Assembly (NCBI GenBank): GCA_965198005.1
Contig: CBDAOI010000004.1
Span: 1 to 64,000 of the forward strand
From: Spirochaetia bacterium
GTDB lineage: Bacteria > Spirochaetota > Spirochaetia > SZUA-6 > Bin103
Length of the DNA stretch: 64,000 nucleotides
Reading direction: 5' to 3'
Of this stretch, positions 55,190 through 64,000 are shown piece after piece; the stretch's first letter is position 1; each line of letters starts with the position of its first letter. The notes under the pieces were generated by a model that was not told the DNA's origin, searched no databases, and saw nothing but the letters and a program-made list of their open reading frames with translations. A program made the position numbers and the translations under genes.

Positions 55190-57874
55190 ATGCTCAATCG
55201 CTACTCGTCCCGCCGCGAACCACTTGACGCTGGCTTTCTGAACGCCCGGCTCGCTGGCGCCCGGAGCTACGACCGCATTGCCGGATACTTCTCGTCGTCG
55301 ATCTTGGAAGTCGCGGGAGAGGCGCTGCAACATGTGACCGGGCAGATTCGCGTGGTCTGCAACTCGGCGCTCACGCGGGAGGACGTGGAGGTCGCGAAGG
55401 CCGCGCAGGCGGCCATGCGGCGAGAGTGGTGTGACTCCCGTCCCGAGCAGTTGGGTGATGGGGCCAAGCCGCGCTTCACACGGCTCTACCAGTGGTTGCG
55501 GTCCGGCAAGATCGAGATTCGCGTGCTGCCCGATGACGCCTTCGGGCTGATTCATGGCAAAGCCGGCGTGGTAACGCTGGCGGACGGTCGGCGTACGTCA
55601 TTCCTCGGCAGCGCGAACGAGACCGGGGCGGCGTTCCGCCTCAACTACGAACTGATCTGGGAGGACGATTCGTCGGACGCGGTGGCGTGGGTGCAGGAAG
55701 AATTCGACTCGCTGTGGTCGTCGCCCCACGCAGTGCGGCTGACCAATTTCGTGATCCAGGATCTGGAGCGGCTGTCACGTCGCGAGTCGGTAGGCGACGT
55801 GAGCCGCTGGCGGGAGGAGCCGGATCCCGCCTCGGTCGTGGTCGAAGCGCCGGTCTACCGGAAAGAAGTCGGGCTCTGGGAACATCAGAAGCACTTCGTA
55901 AAGCTTGCCTTCGACGCTCATCGCGGCCCGCACGGCGCCCGCTTCGTGCTGGCCGATCAGGTAGGGCTCGGCAAGACGCTGCAATTGGCGATGGCGGCTC
56001 AGCTCATGGCGCTGGCGGGGGACGGGCCGGTGCTGGTGCTCGCTCCGAAGCCGCTGCTGCAGCAATGGCAGGACGAGCTTGATACGCTGCTCGGCCTGCC
56101 GTCGGCAGTGTGGGACGGCTCCCAATGGGTAGACGAGCGCGGCGTCGAGCATCCCGGTGCGGGCGACGAGTCCATCCGGCGCTGCCCGCGCCGCGTCGGC
56201 ATCGTCTCCACGGGGTTGATCACGCGCGGCTCCGAGGTGGTGGAGTGGCTCGCGAACATGCGCTTCGAGTGCGTGATTCTGGACGAAGCACACCGTGCCC
56301 GGCGACGCTTCCAGCCGGGGCAGCCCGGCAGGGGCAAGCCAAACAATCTGTTGCGGTTCCTGCGGCGCATCTCGCCGCGCACGAAGAGCCTGCTCCTCGC
56401 CACTGCCACGCCCGTGCAGCTTCACCCCATCGAGGCGTTCGATCTGCTGGATGCGCTGGCTCAGAGCTCGGATGCGGTGCTGGGGTCCGCCGGCAGCCGC
56501 TGGCGCCAGCCGCAGGCGTCGCTCGACCTGCTGCTGGGAAAAGCGACGCTACCGACGGATTTCCACGAGCGTTGGGACTGGTTTCGCAATCCGTTGCCCC
56601 CACGTTCGGAAGGGGCTCAGTTCCAGATCCTCCGCCGTTCGCTGCCGTTGACGGACGAGCACGCCTACGCCCCCGGCGCCGCGGTGGACCGGCTGCGTCC
56701 GGCGGACCGGCAGCGCATCGATGACGGATTCGCACGCTTCGTAGAGCGCCACAACCCCTACATTCGGAGCATCATCCGGCGGACGCGCGAGTATCTCGAA
56801 TCGACGCCAGATCCGCAAACCGGCGAGCCGTACCTCACGCCCGTGCGCGTTCGGCTGCACGGGGAAGCGGCTGCCGATGCGCTCACGCTGCCGCCGTTCC
56901 TTGAAGATGCCTACGAACGCGCGGAGGAGTTCTGTCGGCTGATCGGCGCGCGCGCCAACGCCGGCTTGTTCCGCACCATGCTGCTCCGTCGCATGGGCAG
57001 CACGATCGAAGCAGGACGTCTCACGGTGGCCCGGATCCTCGGCGGCTGGCAAGGCCGTGACGACGAGGAGGAGGACGAAGACCGGGATAGTCAGCTTCGC
57101 GCGTTGACCAACGAGGAACGGCGGGCGCTGCTTCGTCTCATTCAGGCAATGGAGGCGAACCTGGAGCAAGACCCGAAGCTGGCCGCAGTGACACGCTTGC
57201 TCGTAGACGACGGGTGGCTGGATCGTGGATGCATCGTCTTCAGCCAGTATTACGACTCGGTTTGGTGGCTTGCCACCCAGCTCACGCATGAGCTGTCGGA
57301 CATGGAGATCGGCATCTATGCCGGTGCGAACCGCTCCGGCGTAATGCACAACGGCACGTTCGCACGGAAGCGACGGGACGAACTGAGAGACGCGGTGCGC
57401 CGGGGCGAAGTCCGGCTTCTCCTCGGCACGGATGCGGCGTCAGAGGGACTGAATCTACAACGCCTCGGCACGCTCATCAACCTGGACCTTCCGTGGAACC
57501 CCTCTCGTCTGGAACAGCGCAAAGGGCGCATCCAGCGTATCGGTCAGCTTCGGTCCGAAGTCGATGTCTACAACATGCGTTACGCCGGCTCGGTAGAGGA
57601 TCGCGTCCACGAGCTTCTCTCTGAGCGCCTGGAGAACATATCCCGCCTGTTCGGCCAGTTGCCCGACACGCTCGAAGACGTCTGGGTGCAGGTCGCGTTG
57701 GGACAGGCGGAAGACGCGAAGCAAACTATCGACGCCGTACCGCAGCAGCATCCCTTCGAGCTGCGCTACCGTGAAGTGAGCCACATCGACTGGGAGTCCT
57801 GCGCCAGGGTGTTGGACGACGCCGCCAGGAGGCAAAATTTGTCTCGAGGATGGCTTGATCGCAGAGCAGAGTAG
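55190..57874 (+). CDS. PLD-nuclease/SNF2 helicase of the restriction-like system
   Basis: 'IHGKAG...GSANET', 'DQVGLGKT', DEAH, TATP, 'SEGLNL', 'QRKGRIQR'. Confidence 0.92.
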   Translation: MLNRYSSRREPLDAGFLNARLAGARSYDRIAGYFSSSILEVAGEALQHVTGQIRVVCNSALTREDVEVAKAAQAAMRREWCDSRPEQLGDGAKPRFTRLYQWLRSGKIEIRVLPDDAFGLIHGKAGVVTLADGRRTSFLGSANETGAAFRLNYELIWEDDSSDAVAWVQEEFDSLWSSPHAVRLTNFVIQDLERLSRRESVGDVSRWREEPDPASVVVEAPVYRKEVGLWEHQKHFVKLAFDAHRGPHGARFVLADQVGLGKTLQLAMAAQLMALAGDGPVLVLAPKPLLQQWQDELDTLLGLPSAVWDGSQWVDERGVEHPGAGDESIRRCPRRVGIVSTGLITRGSEVVEWLANMRFECVILDEAHRARRRFQPGQPGRGKPNNLLRFLRRISPRTKSLLLATATPVQLHPIEAFDLLDALAQSSDAVLGSAGSRWRQPQASLDLLLGKATLPTDFHERWDWFRNPLPPRSEGAQFQILRRSLPLTDEHAYAPGAAVDRLRPADRQRIDDGFARFVERHNPYIRSIIRRTREYLESTPDPQTGEPYLTPVRVRLHGEAAADALTLPPFLEDAYERAEEFCRLIGARANAGLFRTMLLRRMGSTIEAGRLTVARILGGWQGRDDEEEDEDRDSQLRALTNEERRALLRLIQAMEANLEQDPKLAAVTRLLVDDGWLDRGCIVFSQYYDSVWWLATQLTHELSDMEIGIYAGANRSGVMHNGTFARKRRDELRDAVRRGEVRLLLGTDAASEGLNLQRLGTLINLDLPWNPSRLEQRKGRIQRIGQLRSEVDVYNMRYAGSVEDRVHELLSERLENISRLFGQLPDTLEDVWVQVALGQAEDAKQTIDAVPQQHPFELRYREVSHIDWESCARVLDDAARRQNLSRGWLDRRAE

Positions 57875-58005
57875 TTCCCATCGTAATGACAATGTCCTAT
57901 AGAAATCACGTCCCCCGAACGAGAAGTCTACTTTCATTGGAAAGGGTGTCGAAAATTGACAGAAACGTGGTCGTCATGCCGTTGGTGGAAGTGCGCGGGT
58001 AGAGC

Positions 58006-58200
58006 TTATCGCCACGAGAGTTTCTGATCCTCCTGCGCGGCCTTGATTGTCTCCTCTCGAATCTGGTCGAGCTCCTTCAACGCCTTGTCGCTGATCGTCA
58101 GCGTGACGCCGACTTTGCTGGCGGGGATCGTTGTCCTCTTTGAGTGGTCCGCGCCCTCTCGGGACGGCAGGGCGCTGTCACGGGCTTTTTGCGTTGGCAT
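58006..58200 (-). CDS. Small hypothetical protein, possibly ribbon-helix type
   Basis: 64 aa; GGAGG RBS; TGCTATAAC extended -10 upstream; 'VTLTISDKALKELD'. Confidence 0.5.
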   Translation of the reverse strand: MPTQKARDSALPSREGADHSKRTTIPASKVGVTLTISDKALKELDQIREETIKAAQEDQKLSWR

Positions 58201-58350
58201 AGAGTGAACCTCCGGGTTCGCATTTCGGTGACCGAGACGCATGCGCCGCCGGCCCCTCCAAGCGGTTCAGTTTGAATGTTATAGCATGTCGGTCTCTGCG
58301 CCAAGCCGGGTTGGCCGGCGGGGGTGCATGTTTTGGTGTGGTTAGCCCAA

Positions 58351-59160
58351 TCAACGGGAGTGGGTGAGTTTGGGGACGGCGGCGTAGAGGCGTTGGGTGT
58401 AGTGGTGGCGGGGGTTGGTGGCCAGCTCGCGGGCGGGGGCTTCTTCGACCAGGCGGCCGGCCTGCATCACGCCGACGCGGTCGCAGAAGTAGGTGACCAC
58501 GGCCAGGTCGTGGGAGATGAACAGCAGGGTCAGGCCCAGCTCGCGGCGCAGGCGTTGCAGCAGGTCGAGGATCTGGCTGCGGATCGACACGTCGAGGGCG
58601 GAGACGATCTCGTCGCAGATGATGGTCTCGGGCTGGACGATCAGGGCGCGGGCAATGGCGACGCGCTGGCGCTGGCCGCCGGAGAAGTCGGGTGGGCGGC
58701 GGCTCAGGTGGCGGGCGGCGAGCCCCACCGCCTCCAGCGCGGCCAGGGCGCGTTCGCGGCCGTCGTCCAGGCCGCGCCAGCTCGAGGTGTAGCGCAGGCC
58801 GGCGAGCAGGATCGACTCGACCCGCATGCGCGGGTTGAGGGAGCGGGCGGGATCCTGGAACACGTAGGCCAGCCGGGTGCGCAACTCGCGCCGCGCGCGG
58901 GCGCCCGAGCGGACGACGTCGTGCACCTCACCGGCGCGGTCGCGGTAGGTGATGGCGCCGCGGTCGGGCCGGTACATGCCCACCGCCAGCCGGGCGGTGG
59001 TGGTCTTGCCGCTGCCCGATTCGCCCACCAGCCCGTAGGTTTCGCCCGCGCCGATGCGCAGGCTCACCTCGCGCACCGCGTACACGTGGCGCCGGGCGGC
59101 GGCGAAGTAGCCCGCCTTGAGGGCGAACCGCTTGCTGACCGCGTCCAGGGTCAGCATCAC
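58351..59160 (-). CDS. oppF: Peptide ABC transporter ATP-binding protein (OppF/DppF-like)
   Basis: GESGSGKT, FSGGQRQR, ICDE, SHD. Confidence 0.9.
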   Translation of the reverse strand: MMLTLDAVSKRFALKAGYFAAARRHVYAVREVSLRIGAGETYGLVGESGSGKTTTARLAVGMYRPDRGAITYRDRAGEVHDVVRSGARARRELRTRLAYVFQDPARSLNPRMRVESILLAGLRYTSSWRGLDDGRERALAALEAVGLAARHLSRRPPDFSGGQRQRVAIARALIVQPETIICDEIVSALDVSIRSQILDLLQRLRRELGLTLLFISHDLAVVTYFCDRVGVMQAGRLVEEAPARELATNPRHHYTQRLYAAVPKLTHSR

Positions 59161-60227
59161 GCTTCCTCCGGCTGCGCCGCGGCCAGGGCGCCCGGCTTGG
59201 CCCCCGGCAGCAGGCAGCGATGGCGGATGCTGCCGGCAGCCCAGGGGGCGGCGACAGGCGCGTCCGCCCTTTCTGCGACCAGCGGCGGTATGCCGCCGGT
59301 GCAGCGCTCTTCGGCCAGCGCGCAGCGCGGCGCGAACGGGCAGCCCGGTTCCGGGTGCAGCGGATCGGGCACGTTGCCGGGGATGGCGTACAGCGGCTGC
59401 TCGGTGTAGTGCACCCCGAGCGGCAGGTGGGCGTCGAGCAGCGCGCGCGTGTAGGGGTGGCGCGGCGCATGCAGGACGGCGGTCGCGGGACCCTGCTCCA
59501 TCACCAGCCCGCCGTACATCACCACCAGGCGGTCGGCGATCTGGCCGACCAGGGCCAAGTCGTGGCTGATGAACAGGATCGCCAGCCCGCGCGCGGCGCG
59601 CAAGTGCAGCAGCAGCTCCACCACCTGCGCCTGCACCGTGACGTCGAGCGCGGTGGTCGGCTCGTCGGCGATCAGCACCTCCGGGTCCGCGGCCAGGGCG
59701 TGGGCGATCATCACCCGCTGCAACATGCCGCCGGAGAACTGGTGCGGGAAGCTGGCCAGGCGGCGCTCCGCCTCGGCGATGCCCACCTCCTCCAGCAGCG
59801 CCACCGAGCGGGCGCGCAGCGCTGCCGGCTCCAGCTCCGGGCGGTGCGTGCGCAGGGTCTCGGCCAGGGAGCGCTCGATCGAGTAGATCGGATCGAACGA
59901 GCGCGCCGGCTCCTGGAAGATCATGCCGACCCGGCCGCCGCGCAGCCGCTGCAGCTCCGCCGGCGTCATGGTCACGACGTCGGCACCGCGGAAGCGCAGC
60001 CGGCGCGCGCTCACCCGGGCGTGCGGCAGCAGCCGCAACAGCGCCTGCGCGGTCACGCTCTTGCCCGACCCGCTTTCGCCCACCACGCCCACCACGGTGC
60101 CGGTGTCGAGCTCCAGGTCGACGCCGCGCACCGCGTACAACGGCCCGCGTTCGGTAGTGAACGTCACCGTGAGCCCCGCCACCTCGTACAGCCGTGCAGC
60201 GTCCCGTGCAGCGTCCCGTTCAGCCAC
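59157..60227 (-). CDS. oppD: Peptide ABC transporter ATP-binding protein (OppD/DppD-like)
   Basis: GESGSGKS, FSGGM, IADEPTTALD, HPYT, 'GCPFAPRC'. Confidence 0.92.
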   Translation of the reverse strand: MAERDAARDAARLYEVAGLTVTFTTERGPLYAVRGVDLELDTGTVVGVVGESGSGKSVTAQALLRLLPHARVSARRLRFRGADVVTMTPAELQRLRGGRVGMIFQEPARSFDPIYSIERSLAETLRTHRPELEPAALRARSVALLEEVGIAEAERRLASFPHQFSGGMLQRVMIAHALAADPEVLIADEPTTALDVTVQAQVVELLLHLRAARGLAILFISHDLALVGQIADRLVVMYGGLVMEQGPATAVLHAPRHPYTRALLDAHLPLGVHYTEQPLYAIPGNVPDPLHPEPGCPFAPRCALAEERCTGGIPPLVAERADAPVAAPWAAGSIRHRCLLPGAKPGALAAAQPEEA

Positions 60228-61398
60228 GCGCCGGCTCCCGGTGATAGGGATCGAACAGGTCGCGCAGGAAGTCGCCGAGGAAGTTGAACCCCAGCGTCAC
60301 CAGCAGCAGCGCCACGCCGGGGTAGAGGAACCAGGGGAAGCTGCGCAGGTTGCTGAGCGAGGTGACGTTGCGGTTCAGCATCGAGCCCCAGCTCACGGCC
60401 GGGTCGGCGATCCCCAGCCCCAGGTAGGAGAGTATCGTCTCCCCGAGGATGAAGCCGGGGATGCCCAGGGCGACGCTGACGATCAGGATCGAGGCCATCT
60501 GCGGAATGATCTGGGTGACGATGATCGCCAGCGGCGGGATGCCCTGGAGCTGCGCCGCGGCGACGAAGTCCTCGGTCTTGATGCTGTGCACCATGCCGCG
60601 GATCAGGCGCGCGGTGCCGGGCCAGCCCACCAGCGACAGAATCACGGTCATGATGAAGTACGACTGCCCGGAGTCCAGGTCGTGCGACAGAACGGAGCGC
60701 AGGAACAGGATCAGGTAGAGGCCCGGGATCAGGATGAAGAACTCCGCGATGCGCATGATGGCCCAGTCGACCGCCCCGCCGTAGTACCCCGCCAGCCCGC
60801 CCAGAATGATCGCTGCGGTCAGCGACAGGGAGACGCCGATGAAGCCGATGGTCAGGGAGATGCGCGAGCCGTACAGGATGCGCGAGAAGAGGTCGCGGCC
60901 CAGGTGATCGGACCCCAGCAGGAACACCGGATACGCCTGCCCGCCGCCCTGCCAGCGATCCGCGCCCACCCCGCCCGCTCCGGCCGGCGCGCGCACGGTC
61001 GCGCCCTCCGCGTCGACGTAGGGCGCCGTGGTGCCGAACAGGTGCACCCGCAACGGCACCAGCCCCCACAGCCGGTACTCGGGCCCGGGCACCAACAGCC
61101 GCACCCGATAGTGCTGGCCGCGGATGCGCGCGTAGCGGCGGCTCACTTCGTCGACCAGGACCCGATGCTGCACCTGCGGCCCGAACCCCAGTTCGCGCGA
61201 GTAGAAGCTCAGCGCGGGGGGCTGGTGGGTGTGGAAGCGGAAGGTGGTGGTGGGGTGGTAGGGCGCCAGGAACTCCGCCAGCAGCATCGCGCCGTACAGC
61301 AGCGCCAGCACCAGCACCGAAGCCGCCGCTACCGGCCGCGCCCGCAGCCGGCGCCACGCCGCCGCCCCCCGCCTGCGGCGGCCAACCGGCTCAGCCAT
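60220..61398 (-). CDS. oppC: Peptide ABC transporter permease (OppC/DppC-like)
   Basis: 'LGSDHLGRD.FSR...G.RISL', EAA loop, 'LSYLGLG'. Confidence 0.92.
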   Translation of the reverse strand: MAEPVGRRRRGAAAWRRLRARPVAAASVLVLALLYGAMLLAEFLAPYHPTTTFRFHTHQPPALSFYSRELGFGPQVQHRVLVDEVSRRYARIRGQHYRVRLLVPGPEYRLWGLVPLRVHLFGTTAPYVDAEGATVRAPAGAGGVGADRWQGGGQAYPVFLLGSDHLGRDLFSRILYGSRISLTIGFIGVSLSLTAAIILGGLAGYYGGAVDWAIMRIAEFFILIPGLYLILFLRSVLSHDLDSGQSYFIMTVILSLVGWPGTARLIRGMVHSIKTEDFVAAAQLQGIPPLAIIVTQIIPQMASILIVSVALGIPGFILGETILSYLGLGIADPAVSWGSMLNRNVTSLSNLRSFPWFLYPGVALLLVTLGFNFLGDFLRDLFDPYHREPARG

Positions 61399-62404
61399 CG
61401 CCGCTGCCGGAAAAGCGGATGCGCGGATCGACCAGCGCCAGCAGCACGTCGGCGGTGATCATGCCGAGCAGAATGAGAAGGCTGATGAACATGATGTTGG
61501 CCAGCACCAGGTTGATGTCCTCCTGGCGCACCGCCTCGTACATCAGCCGTCCGATGCCGGGGTAGGAGAAGATGATCTCCATGATCAGCGACCCCGAGAA
61601 CAGCGTCGCGAACAGATCGGCGCTGCTGGTGACGTAGGGGTTGAGGGTGTTGCGGAAGGCGTGCACCACGTACACCCGCCGCTCGCTGATGCCGCGCGAG
61701 CGCAGCGCGATCACCCAGGGCTGGCCGAGCTGGTCGAGCATGGTGGCGCGGATGTAGCGCATGGTGCCGCCCACGCCGCCCAGGAACGCGCCGAGCAGCG
61801 GCAGCGCGATGTGGTGCAGGTAGCTGAAGGAGAAGCGTAGCGGCGCCTCCCGGAACGGGAAGTTGGGGTAGGCGGTGATCGGGAACCAGCCGCTGACCGC
61901 GGCGAAGAGCTGCAGCAGGATCAGCAGCAGGATGGCGGGAAAGGCGTGCAGCACCAGCGCCGTGAAGGTCGCCGCCAAGTCCACCCGGGTGCCCACCTTG
62001 GAGGAGAAGTAGAGGCCGGCGCCGAACGACAGCAGGGTCAGGAACACCAGCGAGATCAGGTTGAGGATGAGCGAGTTGATCATCCGCGACTGGATCAGGA
62101 ACAGGATCGGGGCGCGCGAGATCAGCGACCGGCCCAGGTCGCGCTCCACCACCACCTGGTAGAGCCAGCGCCCGTACTGGGCGTAGAACGGCAGGTCGAG
62201 CCCGAGGCGCGCGCGCGCGGCGGCGATCTGCTCCTCGGTGTAGACGTTGTCCGTCTGCCGGTCGGCGGAGATCAGCATCTGGCTGCGGACGTAGTTCTCC
62301 ACCATGTCGCTGGGCGCCAGCTTCATCAGCCCGAACACCGCCAGCCCCAGCACCAGCAGCATGGCCACCAGCGACGCCAGCCGGCTGGCCAGAAAGTACA
62401 GCAG
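61391..62404 (-). CDS. oppB: Peptide ABC transporter permease (OppB/DppB-like); start uncertain
   Basis: 'LGLDLPFYAQY', 'DLGRS', 'IFSYPGIG', 'DPRIR'. The expected N-terminus 'LYFLASRL' follows a CTG at 62404; first ATG at 62362. Confidence 0.88.
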   Translation of the reverse strand: MLYFLASRLASLVAMLLVLGLAVFGLMKLAPSDMVENYVRSQMLISADRQTDNVYTEEQIAAARARLGLDLPFYAQYGRWLYQVVVERDLGRSLISRAPILFLIQSRMINSLILNLISLVFLTLLSFGAGLYFSSKVGTRVDLAATFTALVLHAFPAILLLILLQLFAAVSGWFPITAYPNFPFREAPLRFSFSYLHHIALPLLGAFLGGVGGTMRYIRATMLDQLGQPWVIALRSRGISERRVYVVHAFRNTLNPYVTSSADLFATLFSGSLIMEIIFSYPGIGRLMYEAVRQEDINLVLANIMFISLLILLGMITADVLLALVDPRIRFSGSGDG

Positions 62405-62466
62405 CGGAAAGCGGCGTCCGCTCGGGTAGCGGCGCCGGGCGGCCGCGGCGTGCGGGCGCGCGCTCC

Positions 62467-64000
62467 CTACTCGCGGTCGAGCAGATACAGGTAGGTGGCG
62501 TCGAGACCGTTCAAGGTGTCGTAGAATACGTTCCCCCACTTGTTGCGCACCGCCACGAACCGGAGCGGGTAGACGATGTACGTCATGGGCGCCTGATCGA
62601 GCAGGAGCTGCTGGTACTCGTCGTAGATCGCCTTGGCCTTCTCCTCGTCCAGGGTGAAGCGCCCTTCGTTGTAGAGGTAGTCGACGCGCGTCTCCCACTC
62701 GGTGTACGGCTCCTCCTGCAGCGGGTGCCACAGGTGGAAGTTGCCCTTGGACTGCCACACGTTGCTGCCTCCCTCGGGCCAGTAGTTGGAGCCCAGCGAG
62801 GCGGTCGCCACGTGCCAGTCGTAGGTGCTGGTCAGCATCTCCACCAGCTTCTGGAAGTCGATCGGCCGCACGTTGCCGGTGATGCCGAACGCCTTGAGCT
62901 CGTCGGCGAAGATGTTCATGACGTCGATCCCTACGTTGTTCTCGGCGCCGACGTGGATGTCGAACTCGACGTGGTTGCCGTCGGCGTCCTCCATCAGGCC
63001 GTCCGCGTTGGGGCGGATGCCGATCTCCGCCAGCAGCGCGCGCGCCCGATCCGGGTCGTAGCTGAACCGTTGCCGGACCGACTCGTCGAAGTAGGGGTTG
63101 GCGCGGGCGAAGAAGTGCAGCGCGGGCTCGGCCAGGCCGCGGTACACCTGGCTGGCGACGCGGTCGCGGTTGAGCACCGCGCTCATCGCCTGGCGGAACC
63201 CGGTCTGGCTGAACCAGCTGTACACCAAGGGGTCCATGGTGTCGGGGTTCTGGTTGAAGGAGATGAAGGCGGACCCCAGGGTCGGACCGCCATTGTATAC
63301 GGTGTAATCCGGATCCTCGGCGTTCAGCAGCTCGTCCAGGTCTTCGGGGCGCAGCGTGAAGGAGTCTTTCTTGCCTTCCTTGAACAGCAGCAGCTCGGTG
63401 TTCCGGTCCGGCACGATCTGGTAGATGAGCCGCTCGACGTACGGCAGCGTGACGCCGGCCTCGTCTTTCTTCCAGTAGTTGGGGTTGCGCTCCATCACCA
63501 CGCGCACGCCGGGCTCGTACTCGGCGACGTAGTACTCGCCGATCGAGGGAATGGTCGTCGGGTCGGTGTCGATGCTGAACAGGTTGAACACGCCTTCCAC
63601 GCCGCCGTCGCGCTTGGCAGGTTCGTAGAAGTAGCGCGGACCGAAGTCCATGTTGGTGGACAGGATCGGGTTGGCGACGATGCGCGGGTAGTGGAACGCC
63701 ACCGTGCGCTGGTCGATCTTCTCCACCTCGATGCGCGCCTCGGAGCCGTCCGGCATCTCGATGAACTGGCCGGCGTAGCCGGGCTGCTGCAGCTCCTGGT
63801 CGCCCTCGATCTCGTCGTACCAGAACACGACGTCGTCGGCGGTGACCTGCACCCGGGTGTCGGGATCGGCGAGCGTGGTCCAGTAGAGGTCGTCGCGCAG
63901 GGTGTAGGTCACCGTGAGCGAGTCGGCCTCCTCGTCCACCTCGACCTCGAAGCTGGCCAGGTTGGGGATGAACTCGCGCGTGTAGGGGTCGTAGTCGGCC
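62467..64000 (-). CDS. oppA: Peptide ABC transporter substrate-binding protein (family 5), 5'-truncated by the window edge
   Basis: 'TYTLRDDLYW...TADDV.F', 'ERNPNYWK', 'FRQAMS'; ORF open to the window end. Confidence 0.9.
   Translation of the reverse strand, partial: ADYDPYTREFIPNLASFEVEVDEEADSLTVTYTLRDDLYWTTLADPDTRVQVTADDVVFWYDEIEGDQELQQPGYAGQFIEMPDGSEARIEVEKIDQRTVAFHYPRIVANPILSTNMDFGPRYFYEPAKRDGGVEGVFNLFSIDTDPTTIPSIGEYYVAEYEPGVRVVMERNPNYWKKDEAGVTLPYVERLIYQIVPDRNTELLLFKEGKKDSFTLRPEDLDELLNAEDPDYTVYNGGPTLGSAFISFNQNPDTMDPLVYSWFSQTGFRQAMSAVLNRDRVASQVYRGLAEPALHFFARANPYFDESVRQRFSYDPDRARALLAEIGIRPNADGLMEDADGNHVEFDIHVGAENNVGIDVMNIFADELKAFGITGNVRPIDFQKLVEMLTSTYDWHVATASLGSNYWPEGGSNVWQSKGNFHLWHPLQEEPYTEWETRVDYLYNEGRFTLDEEKAKAIYDEYQQLLLDQAPMTYIVYPLRFVAVRNKWGNVFYDTLNGLDATYLYLLDRE

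Noticed and set aside
44587-57874. BREX or DISARM system
   Set aside because: No PglZ/BrxL or DrmA/DrmB; gene content fits the DUF499-DUF3780-DUF1156-PLD helicase system.
57860-57977. ORF start downstream of the 64-aa gene (possible toxin partner)
   Set aside because: Stops or frameshifts within about 23 codons and runs into the helicase end; family not recognisable.
1-64000. tRNA, rRNA or integrase genes
   Set aside because: None recognisable by eye; a covariance-model scan would be needed to exclude small RNAs.

Overview
High-GC bacterial window. My impression, untested, is a host-associated organism such as a Spirochaetota-like sponge symbiont. It has six blocks. (1) 1-6.4 kb: mobile/TA debris, with a hicB-hicA-like pair, a complete IS66 carrying a DUF4338 passenger, a terminase C-terminal remnant, a Panacea antitoxin with a broken partner, and RTX and ATPase scraps. 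(2) 6.65-31.84 kb: one giant (~8,400 aa) signal-peptide/Calx-beta/cadherin adhesin with a C-terminal autotransporter-like barrel. It is split by five frameshifts and contains a 675-bp tandem array. (3) 31.9-36.5 kb: an AAA-ATPase/PD-(D/E)XK gene plus pseudogene debris and small coiled-coil genes. (4) 36.7-43.9 kb: housekeeping-type genes (YegD-like Hsp70, CofE-like ligase, Ppx/GppA, SDR, Wzi-like OMP). (5) 44.0-58.3 kb: a defence island with a restriction-like operon (DUF499 ATPase, DUF3780, DUF1156 methylase, PLD-SNF2 helicase). An extra N6-methyltransferase plus PD-(D/E)XK nuclease pair is translationally nested inside it, and the island is bracketed by a deleted duplicate of the flanking oppF-like gene. 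(6) 58.35-64 kb: an Opp/Dpp peptide ABC transporter operon. All family assignments come from reading motifs by eye; no searches were run.
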